Part shown: piece by piece, positions 37,820 through 45,799 of the stretch | Numbering within the stretch: the stretch's first letter is position 1 | How the letters are laid out: the number at the start of each line of letters is the position of its first letter | Assembly: GCA_963770895.1 (NCBI GenBank) | Contig: CAVYRF010000002.1 | Coordinates: 1,344,001 to 1,408,000, forward strand | Reading direction: 5' to 3' | From: an uncultured Acidobacteriota bacterium | GTDB taxonomy: Bacteria; Acidobacteriota; Thermoanaerobaculia; Multivoradales; UBA5704 | DNA length: 64,000 nt | The notes under the pieces: generated by a model | Told to the model about the DNA's origin: nothing | The model's database searches: none | What the model saw: the letters and a program-made list of their open reading frames with translations, nothing else | Translations under genes and position numbers: made by a program

Positions 37820-38977
37820 ATGAAGCAAGAGGCGTTCGCCTCAGCTGTACAGCTTGCCGACCGGTGCGACGACGTCTGCGCCATTGTCAACGACAGCTAC
37901 GACCCCGCGACCTGGGGCGACTGGCGCTGGCAGATGCGCCACCGCCTGACCCGCCTCGATCAGTTCGAGCGCCTGTTGCGGCTCACCGAAGCGGAGCGGC
38001 GGGGGCTGGCGATGGCAAGCGAAAAGTTCTCGGTTGCCGTGACGCCGTATTTTGCGACGCTGATCGATCCGGACAACCCGGCCTGCCCGATCCGCAAGCA
38101 GGTGGTGCCGGTCGAAGGGGAGCTGGTGGTCAGCGCCGACGACATGAGCGATCCCTGCGGCGAAGACGACGCCAGCGTCCTCGAAGGGCTGGTGCATCGC
38201 TATCCCGATCGGGTTCTTTTCCTGGTGCTCGACACCTGCGCTTCCTATTGTCGCTACTGCACGCGCAGCCGCCTGGTCAGCCAGGGCGAGCTCGAGCCGC
38301 TCGGCCGCCGGGTGGAAGGCGCGCTCGCCTACCTGCGGGCGCACCGCGAAGTGCGCGACGTGTTGATCTCGGGCGGCGATCCGCTGCTGATGTCCGACGC
38401 CACGCTCGACAAGCTTCTGGGACAGCTGCGGGACATCCCGCACATTGAATTCGTGCGCATCGGCACGCGCATCCCCTGCTTCCTGCCGCAGCGCATCACC
38501 CCGGAGCTGGTGGCGGTGCTGCGCAAGCATCGGGTGTGGCTCTCGGTGCACTTCTGTCACGCCAGCGAGCTGACCCCCGAAGTCGCGCAGGCCGCCGACC
38601 TGCTGGCCGACGGCGGCATCCCGCTCGGCTGCCAGACCGTGCTGCTCAAGGGCGTCAACGATTCGGCCGACACGCTGCGCGACCTGTTCCACGGCCTGCT
38701 CAAGCTGCGCATCCGTCCTTACTATCTCTACCAGTGCGACCCGGTGATCGGCACTTCGCACCTGCGCACCTCGGTCGCCAAGGGGCTTGAGATCATGCAG
38801 CAGCTGCGCGGCCACACCACCGGCTACGCCGTGCCCACCTACGTCGTCGACGCCCCCGGCGGCGGCGGCAAGATCCCGGTGCAGCCAGAAACCATCGTCA
38901 GCCAGCACGACGGCGAATGGCGCCTGCGCAACTGGGCCGGCAAGGTCTACAGCTACTTCGATCCCGAGGCACGCTAG
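37820..38977 (+). CDS. kamA: KamA-family radical SAM aminomutase (lysine 2,3-aminomutase-like)
   Basis: HRYPDR, CASYCRYCTR (CxxxCxxC), SGGDPL, PYYLYQCD, DAPGGGGK (PLP lysine); AAGGAG RBS. Confidence 0.92.
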   Translation: MKQEAFASAVQLADRCDDVCAIVNDSYDPATWGDWRWQMRHRLTRLDQFERLLRLTEAERRGLAMASEKFSVAVTPYFATLIDPDNPACPIRKQVVPVEGELVVSADDMSDPCGEDDASVLEGLVHRYPDRVLFLVLDTCASYCRYCTRSRLVSQGELEPLGRRVEGALAYLRAHREVRDVLISGGDPLLMSDATLDKLLGQLRDIPHIEFVRIGTRIPCFLPQRITPELVAVLRKHRVWLSVHFCHASELTPEVAQAADLLADGGIPLGCQTVLLKGVNDSADTLRDLFHGLLKLRIRPYYLYQCDPVIGTSHLRTSVAKGLEIMQQLRGHTTGYAVPTYVVDAPGGGGKIPVQPETIVSQHDGEWRLRNWAGKVYSYFDPEAR

Positions 38978-39011
38978 TGACGTTGGTGCAGGCCCGGGCC
39001 ACAGGCCGGTG

Positions 39012-40034
39012 ATGGCGACGCTTGCCGCGGAGCCGCCGCCGCGCTGCCTGCGCGTGGCCTTGGCGTACGACCTCAAAACGGACTACCTGGCCGCCGGTTT
39101 CTCGCCGCAGGCGGTCATGGAGTTCGACGACGAGGCGACCGTCGGCGGGCTGGCAGCCACCATCAGCGGGCTCGGCCACCAGGTACACCGCGTCGGCCGC
39201 GGCGTCGAACTGGCGCGCCGGCTGGCCGCGGGCGAGCGCTGGGACCTGGTGTTCAATCTCGCCGAGGGCGTAGCCGGCCGCTCGCGCGAAGCGCAGGTGC
39301 CGGCGCTGTGCGAGCTGTTCGAGCAGGCCTACACGTTCTCCGATCCGCTGACCACCGCCCTGACCCTGGACAAGGCGATGAGCAAGCGGCTGGTGCGCGA
39401 CCACGGCCTGCCGACGGCGCCGTTCGCGGTGGTCAGCTGCTCCCAGCAGGCCGACCTGGTGGACCTGCCGTTGCCGCTGTTCGTCAAACCCGTCGCCGAA
39501 GGCAGCTCCAAGGGCGTCACCGAACGATCCAAGGTCGCCGACCGCGGACAGCTGCGGCAGCGCTGCGACGAGCTCCTGGCCGCGTTCGCACAGCCGGTGC
39601 TGGTGGAAGCCTACCTGCCCGGCCGCGAGATCACCGTCGGCATCGTCGGCAACGGCGGCGGCGCCCGCGTCGTGGGAGTGATGGAGGTCGCCTTCGATCG
39701 CGGCAGCGACCGCGAGTTCTACACCGCGCTCAACAAGGGCGAATTCGAAGAGCGGGTGACCTACAGCCTGCTCGCAAGCGGTCCCCTGGCCGACCGCGCC
39801 AGACAGGTGGCGCTGGCCGTCTACGCCGCCCTGGACTGTCGCGACGCGGCGCGCGTCGATCTGCGCTGCGACGCGGCGGGAGAGCCGTGCTTTCTGGAAG
39901 TCAACCCGCTGCCCGGCCTGCACCCGGTGCGCTCCGACCTGCCCATCATGTGCCGGCTGGGCGGCACCGACTTCCCGACCCTGATCGGCGGCATCGTCGA
40001 CGCGGCGGCGCGAAGGGTCGGGCTGTGGAGCTGA
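39012..40034 (+). CDS. D-Ala-D-Ala ligase-like ATP-grasp protein 1
   Basis: FNLAEG, LDK, KPVAEGSSKG, EAYLPGRE, RVDLR, EVNPLPGL. Confidence 0.9.
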   Translation: MATLAAEPPPRCLRVALAYDLKTDYLAAGFSPQAVMEFDDEATVGGLAATISGLGHQVHRVGRGVELARRLAAGERWDLVFNLAEGVAGRSREAQVPALCELFEQAYTFSDPLTTALTLDKAMSKRLVRDHGLPTAPFAVVSCSQQADLVDLPLPLFVKPVAEGSSKGVTERSKVADRGQLRQRCDELLAAFAQPVLVEAYLPGREITVGIVGNGGGARVVGVMEVAFDRGSDREFYTALNKGEFEERVTYSLLASGPLADRARQVALAVYAALDCRDAARVDLRCDAAGEPCFLEVNPLPGLHPVRSDLPIMCRLGGTDFPTLIGGIVDAAARRVGLWS

Positions 40035-41203
40035 ACGGCGCGGCGCGCCTGCTGATCGCCCACAACCCGGTGGGCAAGGACGACGATCCCTCGACGGCCG
40101 ACGTCCTGGCCCAGGTCGAGCTGGTCGAAACCGCCGCCGTCCGCCTCGGCCTGGACACCCTGCGCGTGCCGGTCGCGGCTTGGCGAGCCTGGGAAGACCT
40201 GCGGGCGCGGCTGCGGCGCGGCGACTGCGTGTTCAACCTGGTCGAAGCGCCGCCCGGCCTGCCCGCCGTCCACCCCGCCACCGCCTCGGCCTTCGAGCGG
40301 CTGGGCACCCCCTTCACCGGCGCCGGCACCGACTGCCTGTGGCTGACGACCGACAAGCTCGCGACGCGCGCCGTGCTCGCCGCAAGCGGCCTGCCCGTCG
40401 CCCCCGGCGGCTGCCTGGACGCCGGAGCCACGGTGCTCGATCGCGTGGCGCCGCCCTGGATCCTCAAACCGAGCTGCGAAGAGGCCTCGATCGGCCTCGA
40501 CGGCGATGCCGTCTGCGCCACGCGCGACGCCGCCCTGGCCCGCGCCGCCGCGCTCGCCGCCCGCTTTCCGCGCCAGCGTCTGCTGGTCGAGCGCTACCTG
40601 CCCGGCCGCGAGATCAACGTCTCGCTGCTCGCCGGCGGCCGCGCCCGGCGCGCCGGCGGCAACGATCAGGAAGTGCAGAACGTGCAGGCGCTGCCGGTGG
40701 CGGAGATCGACTTTGTGGACTACCCGCCCGGCATGCCGCGGATCGTCGGCTACGAAGCAAAGTGGGAGCCGCAGTCGTTCGCCTACACCCACACCGTACG
40801 CCGCTTCCCCACCGACCGCGCCTCGGCGTCGCTGGTCGCCGCCGCCCGCCGGCTGGCGCTCGCCGCCTGGCGCGCCTGCGGCCTGGCCGGCTACGGCAGG
40901 ATCGACCTGCGCGTGGACGACCAGGGCGGGCTCTGCATCCTCGAAGTCAACGCCAATCCCTGCCTGGCCGCCGACGCCGGCTTCATGGCCGCCGCCGCCC
41001 AGGCCGGCCTGGACGCCGCGGCCGTGGTGGCGCGCATCGTCGCCGCCGCGCTCGCACGGGTGCCGGGGCGTCAGGGCGTGCCGGAGCCCAGGCGGGGTTT
41101 TTCCAGGCCGAGCCAGCCGGCGACGCGGCGGGCGACGTCGGTGGCGGGGACCAGCGAACCGGTGGCGGTGGCGGGTTTGACGTCCTTGCCGATGGCCAGG
41201 TAG
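40025..41203 (+). CDS. D-Ala-D-Ala ligase-like ATP-grasp protein 2
   Basis: FNLVE, TDK, KPSCEEASIG, ERYLPGRE, YEAKW, RIDLR, EVNANPCL; GTG start overlapping the previous gene. Confidence 0.88.
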   Translation: MELNGAARLLIAHNPVGKDDDPSTADVLAQVELVETAAVRLGLDTLRVPVAAWRAWEDLRARLRRGDCVFNLVEAPPGLPAVHPATASAFERLGTPFTGAGTDCLWLTTDKLATRAVLAASGLPVAPGGCLDAGATVLDRVAPPWILKPSCEEASIGLDGDAVCATRDAALARAAALAARFPRQRLLVERYLPGREINVSLLAGGRARRAGGNDQEVQNVQALPVAEIDFVDYPPGMPRIVGYEAKWEPQSFAYTHTVRRFPTDRASASLVAAARRLALAAWRACGLAGYGRIDLRVDDQGGLCILEVNANPCLAADAGFMAAAAQAGLDAAAVVARIVAAALARVPGRQGVPEPRRGFSRPSQPATRRATSVAGTSEPVAVAGLTSLPMAR

Positions 41204-43392
41204 ATCCCCAGCATGTTGGAGTTGGACGACAGGTAGCCGTGCGTGCCGTAGAGGTTTGCCGGGTGGGTGACGTCCTTGCCCGGTTCGGGGCCGGTGTCGA
41301 AGGCATAGCCCTCGCGGGCGAAGACCAGCAGGTCGCCGGCGCTGGGATGGGCCAGGCCCAGCTCGCTCGCTTCCTGCCGGGTCAGCACGCGCTCGATCGG
41401 TGAATCGTCGCCCAGCCGCCAGCTGACCAGCGCGTCGCGCAGCTCGGCGATGGCCCGGCGGCGCTCGGGGGAGTCGTCCGCCGCGCCGCCGCCCGAGCTT
41501 TCGGGCAGGGTCAGATAGACGTGCGCCATGCCGGAGTCGCCGACGGCGTAGGCGGCGATCCCCCCGGCTGGCGGGGCCGGGGCTGGTGACGGCGCCGCGC
41601 CAGCTGCCGGAGCCGGACCTGAGCCCGCTGGCGGCGCCGGCGTGGATGCCGCATCAGCCCCCCCCGCGCCAGCCGCCTCCGGGTCCGGCGGGAGCTGCGC
41701 CAGCAGGCCGCGTTCGGCCAGCAGGGCGTTGAGGTCGATCATGGTGTGCACCGGCGCCATGCCGTGATCGCTCACCACCACCACCGTGGTGCGGCCCAGG
41801 TCGACCGAGGCGAGCAGCAGGCGCAGCTCGCGGTCCACCCCCTGCCACACCTTGCGGCGCGCCTTGGCCAGCTCGTCGCGGCGGGCTGGCGTGTACAGCG
41901 CCTGCCGCGGATCGGTCAGCAGCAGCACGTGGCCGGCGGTGTCGATCATCGGGATGTAGCCCATCAGCAGGTCCCAATCCTCGCGCGCCGTCACCGCCCG
42001 CATGGCGCCGCCGAAGAAGGTGGTGAAGTTCTGCGCCTGCTCGACCCAGGTGTCCAGGTCGATGCCGGGCTTTTCGTGCCAGGTGGCGGCCAGGAGGCGA
42101 TCGTCGGGGGGCCCGGGCCATGCCAGGTCGGCATCCACCAGGTCGCGGGTAAAGTCGGCGGGGTAGGCGTGCAGCTTGTACGTGGCGCTGACGTAGAGCC
42201 GCACCGTGGCCAGCTGCGGATCGAGCGCCAGGACCTTGATCCAGCACACCGACCGGCCGCCGCCGCTGGGAAAGCCCACCTCGGCCCACTCGCCCTGCCG
42301 CACCGGCTCGTCGTCGGTGCTGCTGGTGGCGTCCGCCCGCGACGCATTGACCGCGTGAAACGTGGACGGCGCGGGCGCGCTGCCCGAACCGGCGGGCTTG
42401 ATCACCAGGCCGTCGTAGTTTTCCTGCTGGTCGTTGGTGCGGTCCACCGCGTAGACGTCAAAGCTGGCGGGCGGCGCGGCGGCGGCTGCTGCACCGGCGG
42501 GGGCGGCTGCACCGGCGGGGGCGCCTGCACCGGCGGCGGCGGGAGCACCCGCGGGGGGGGCGGCGGCGGGCACCGTAATGTGAGCCAGCAGCAGCGGTGA
42601 ATGCGTGGCGAGCACCGGCGGCAGCGGCTTGGGCGGCGCCGGTGCGGGGCCCTTGGCGGACGCCGGGGGCGTGTCGCTCTTGGCGGCCGGCGATTTGGCG
42701 CCCTTGGCTGGCGGCTTGGGCTTGGCGGGAGGCGGCGGGGGCGGCATCGCCGGCGGCGGCGCGGCCTGCCAGTCGTCGCTGGTCAGCTCGACGATCTGGG
42801 CCTTGCGCTCGGGGGTGCTGACGTAGGCGACCCCCAGGTCGCCGCGCCGGCGCGGCCCGGTGTCGTCGGCAGTCGGCCATGCCACCACGGCCGTGCGCCG
42901 CTTTTGCCGCCGCAGGGCCTCCCAGAGGGTCTCGCCGGCGATGGGATAGGTGAAGCCGCCGGCGATTTCAAATTGCGGCGCCGTCGCCGGATGGAAATGG
43001 TTGCCGACGATGCCGGTCTGATCGGGGGCGCCGCCGGTCGCCAGGCTGACGTGATTGACGGCGGTGACCGTCGGATTCACCGGCACGAGGGGCGCCACCG
43101 TGCCTTCGCGGAAGAAGCGCGCGAAACCGCCTTCGTCCAGCAGGTCGTCCTGCCACAGCTGCTGCAGCGCCTCGAAGCTGGCGCCGTCCAGGCTGATCAG
43201 CACCACGCGGCGGTTCAGCCTGGGAACCGACGGCCCGCCGGTCGGCTTGGGGCCGTTGGGAGGCGGCTGCTTCTTGGGGGCGTTGGGATCGAACGGCTTC
43301 GCCGCTACCGTCGCCGCCGTCGCGGCCAGCGCCAGCGCAACACCGACGCCCACCCAGCTCGCTCTGCGCAGCTGCTGCATTCCTGTCCTCAT
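41071..43392 (-). CDS. Secreted alkaline phosphatase superfamily protein (nucleotide pyrophosphatase/phosphodiesterase type)
   Basis: ISLDG, PTVTAVNH..ATG, DTAGH, VSDHG, GTHGY; signal peptide. Confidence 0.88.
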   Translation of the reverse strand: MRTGMQQLRRASWVGVGVALALAATAATVAAKPFDPNAPKKQPPPNGPKPTGGPSVPRLNRRVVLISLDGASFEALQQLWQDDLLDEGGFARFFREGTVAPLVPVNPTVTAVNHVSLATGGAPDQTGIVGNHFHPATAPQFEIAGGFTYPIAGETLWEALRRQKRRTAVVAWPTADDTGPRRRGDLGVAYVSTPERKAQIVELTSDDWQAAPPPAMPPPPPPAKPKPPAKGAKSPAAKSDTPPASAKGPAPAPPKPLPPVLATHSPLLLAHITVPAAAPPAGAPAAAGAGAPAGAAAPAGAAAAAAPPASFDVYAVDRTNDQQENYDGLVIKPAGSGSAPAPSTFHAVNASRADATSSTDDEPVRQGEWAEVGFPSGGGRSVCWIKVLALDPQLATVRLYVSATYKLHAYPADFTRDLVDADLAWPGPPDDRLLAATWHEKPGIDLDTWVEQAQNFTTFFGGAMRAVTAREDWDLLMGYIPMIDTAGHVLLLTDPRQALYTPARRDELAKARRKVWQGVDRELRLLLASVDLGRTTVVVVSDHGMAPVHTMIDLNALLAERGLLAQLPPDPEAAGAGGADAASTPAPPAGSGPAPAAGAAPSPAPAPPAGGIAAYAVGDSGMAHVYLTLPESSGGGAADDSPERRRAIAELRDALVSWRLGDDSPIERVLTRQEASELGLAHPSAGDLLVFAREGYAFDTGPEPGKDVTHPANLYGTHGYLSSNSNMLGIYLAIGKDVKPATATGSLVPATDVARRVAGWLGLEKPRLGSGTP

Positions 43393-43421
43393 CGATCACG
43401 ACCTCCGCACCGGCAAGCAGC

Positions 43422-43862
43422 CTACAGTCCCGTGGACCCGAACCCTCCGGACCCGCGCTCGCTCTGGGCCAGGCTTTCCGCCTCTTCCCATTCGACGCTT
43501 TCCACCCTGGCGATCACCAGCTGGGCGATGCGGTCGCCGCGCCGCAGGGTGAACGCCGCCGAGCCCAGGTTGACCAGCAGCACGCCCACCTCGCCCCGGT
43601 AGTCGCTGTCGATGGTACCAGGGGCGTTGACCATGCCGATGCCGTGACGCAGGGCCAGGCCGCTGCGCGGACGCACCTGGCCTTCCCAACCCGGCGGGAT
43701 CTCCAGCGCCAGGCCGGTCGGCACCAGCATGCGCTCGCCCGGCAGCAGCACCTTTTCGCCTTCGATCGCCGCGCGCAGGTCGCAGCCGGCGCTGCCGCCC
43801 GAAGCTCGGGTCGGCAGCGGCAGGTCGTGCGCGCCCGGCAGGCGCTGCACCCGCAGCTTCAT
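43422..43862 (-). CDS. dut: dUTP diphosphatase
   Basis: [37 protein letters not shown]. Confidence 0.97.
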   Translation of the reverse strand: MKLRVQRLPGAHDLPLPTRASGGSAGCDLRAAIEGEKVLLPGERMLVPTGLALEIPPGWEGQVRPRSGLALRHGIGMVNAPGTIDSDYRGEVGVLLVNLGSAAFTLRRGDRIAQLVIARVESVEWEEAESLAQSERGSGGFGSTGL

Positions 43863-44791
43863 CAGGAGACGGGACCGCCGGTGCCCGGCTGCGGGGTCGG
43901 CGACGGGGCCGGCGTCGCCCCACTGCCGCTGCCGAAGCCGCTGTTGCCGAAGCCGCTGTTGCCGAAGCCGCTGCTGCCGAAGCCGCTGCTGCTGCCGGGC
44001 AGCGACCCGGGCATCAGCGTGCTGCCGGGCGTCGGGAACCCCGGCATCGGGCGCCCCAGCCAGCGGGTGCTGAGCGCCAGACCGCCGCCGCGGCCGCTGG
44101 TGACTCCGATGCCGGCCACGCTGCCGGCGACCTGGGTGTTGCCGGCGCCGCGGGTCAGCATCTCCAGGCGGAACTCCCACAGGTTGTAGTGATCGTGGCC
44201 GTAGAACAGCAGCAACGATTTTGCCGTGCTGCGGCTGCGCACTCCGACGATCGGCCCCACTGCCACCGGCTGGTTGGCGTCGCTGCCGCTGCCCGCCGCC
44301 TGCTGGCCGGTCTGGCCCGGCGCGCCTGGCACCGTGGGCGGCTGCTCCGAGCTGAAGGTGAGCGAGCTGTTGGAGGACAGGCCGCTGTTCTGCCCCTGCG
44401 CATCCGGCATGCCGGGCACCTGGATCTGCGAGCCCTGGCCCAGGAAGATCGGCACGAACGGGCCGTCGTCGGTCATCGGGTCCTTCCACAGCTGGCGGAT
44501 GCAGCGCGGCTTGGCCTTCAGCAGCTCGTCAAAGGACACCGGAAAGCGCTGGAAGCGCTTCTGGAAGACGCGGATCGCCTCGACGTACTGCCAGCCGCGC
44601 GAGATCAGCTCCTCTTCCTTGTCGCGCTTGATGCGCTCGCTCCACATCGGCAGCGCCGCCGCCAGCATGATGCTGAGCACCGACAGCGCCATGATCAGCA
44701 CCACCAGGCTGTAGCCTGCGCTGCCGCGGCGCGGCGCCCGCCCCCCCCGCGTCCCCTGCCGGCGGCCCGCCGGCGGCTCACCAGTCGGCAT
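43862..44791 (-). CDS. Pseudopilin/minor pilin-like protein with Gly/Ser/Pro tail
   Basis: [14 protein letters not shown] prepilin-like helix, [10 protein letters not shown]. Confidence 0.8.
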   Translation of the reverse strand: MPTGEPPAGRRQGTRGGRAPRRGSAGYSLVVLIMALSVLSIMLAAALPMWSERIKRDKEEELISRGWQYVEAIRVFQKRFQRFPVSFDELLKAKPRCIRQLWKDPMTDDGPFVPIFLGQGSQIQVPGMPDAQGQNSGLSSNSSLTFSSEQPPTVPGAPGQTGQQAAGSGSDANQPVAVGPIVGVRSRSTAKSLLLFYGHDHYNLWEFRLEMLTRGAGNTQVAGSVAGIGVTSGRGGGLALSTRWLGRPMPGFPTPGSTLMPGSLPGSSSGFGSSGFGNSGFGNSGFGSGSGATPAPSPTPQPGTGGPVS

Positions 44792-45260
44792 AGGGCGTGC
44801 CGGCGAACGAGATCGCCGTGGACCCCGAATGGATGTCCACGATTCCCGGCGTGTTGTCCGGATTGTCGTTGTCGGGGTTGTCCGTATTGTCGGGCACCGG
44901 CGTCGGATGATCCGGGTCTTCTTCTTCGCGCACCAGCACCCAGGTGTCGCTGCGCTTGGTGATCGGATCGATGGGGATGGCGCGCAGGTAGCCTTCCTTG
45001 ACCAGGATGTCGAGCGTGGCGGGATAGTGGCCCTTGTCGCCGTAGTACTGGTCGAGCACGTCGCGCATCGTCCGCAGGTTGTTCTTGAGCACCACCTCGT
45101 TGGCCCGCATCGGCATGTCCTTCAGGCGCGGCATGGCGATGGCGGCGAGGATGCCGATGATCGCCACGACGATGATCATTTCGAGCAGCGTGAAGCCCTG
45201 CTCGCCCCTGCTGCCGCGCCGTCTGCGCCCGGGTTCGTCGCCGCCGCATCGCTGTGCCAT
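44778..45260 (-). CDS. Pseudopilin (GspG-like)
   Basis: QGFTLLEMIIVVAIIGILAAIAMP class III signal, YLRAIPIDPIT; start uncertain. Confidence 0.92.
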   Translation of the reverse strand: MAQRCGGDEPGRRRRGSRGEQGFTLLEMIIVVAIIGILAAIAMPRLKDMPMRANEVVLKNNLRTMRDVLDQYYGDKGHYPATLDILVKEGYLRAIPIDPITKRSDTWVLVREEEDPDHPTPVPDNTDNPDNDNPDNTPGIVDIHSGSTAISFAGTPYADW

Positions 45261-45280
45261 CGATTCCACTCCCTGCCCCG

Positions 45281-45799
45281 TCACCATTTGCGATACGGGA
45301 TGCCGTTGAGGCCGCTGCCCTGCGCCAACGAATACACGTCGAACACGTCTTCACCGCCGCTCTCCGCCGCGTCCGGCTCGTCCTGGTAGCTGAGCAGTCC
45401 CCAGGTCGCCTTGCCGGTGAACGGATCGGTCGGGATGCGGCGCAGGAACTTCTTCTTGCGGTCGATCTGGCCCACCAGCGCGATGCCCTTGACCAGCGAG
45501 TCCAGGTCCTTCGGATAGCCTTCGGTGCCCAGGTCGACAGGCAGCAGCCCCTGGTCGCTGAAGCGCTTGTACTCGTCGATCGCCGCTCGCAGGTCGCGCA
45601 GGTCCTGGCGCAGCTCCATCTCCTTGGTCCGCTGGCTGGTGTACTTGACGACCGGCATGACGAGCAGCGACAGCGACGCCAGGATGGCGGTGACCATCAC
45701 CAGCTCTGCAAGGGTGAACCCCGCCTGCCGCCGGCGCCCGGCCGGCGCCGCCAGCCGCCGGCGCACCGACGCCGCCGCCGCGGCCCACCAACTAGCCAT
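45281..45799 (-). CDS. Pseudopilin (GspG-like)
   Basis: AGFTLAELVMV class III signal, FLRRIPTDPFT. Confidence 0.9.
   Translation of the reverse strand: MASWWAAAAASVRRRLAAPAGRRRQAGFTLAELVMVTAILASLSLLVMPVVKYTSQRTKEMELRQDLRDLRAAIDEYKRFSDQGLLPVDLGTEGYPKDLDSLVKGIALVGQIDRKKKFLRRIPTDPFTGKATWGLLSYQDEPDAAESGGEDVFDVYSLAQGSGLNGIPYRKW

Noticed and set aside
37820-41203. KamA and ATP-grasp enzymes as the maturases of the 7.2-7.8 kb peptides
   Set aside because: They are 30 kb away. KamA-type enzymes act on free amino acids, the ligases are Ddl-like and not RimK/graspetide-like, and the cores are Cys/Ser/Thr-rich with few acidic residues.
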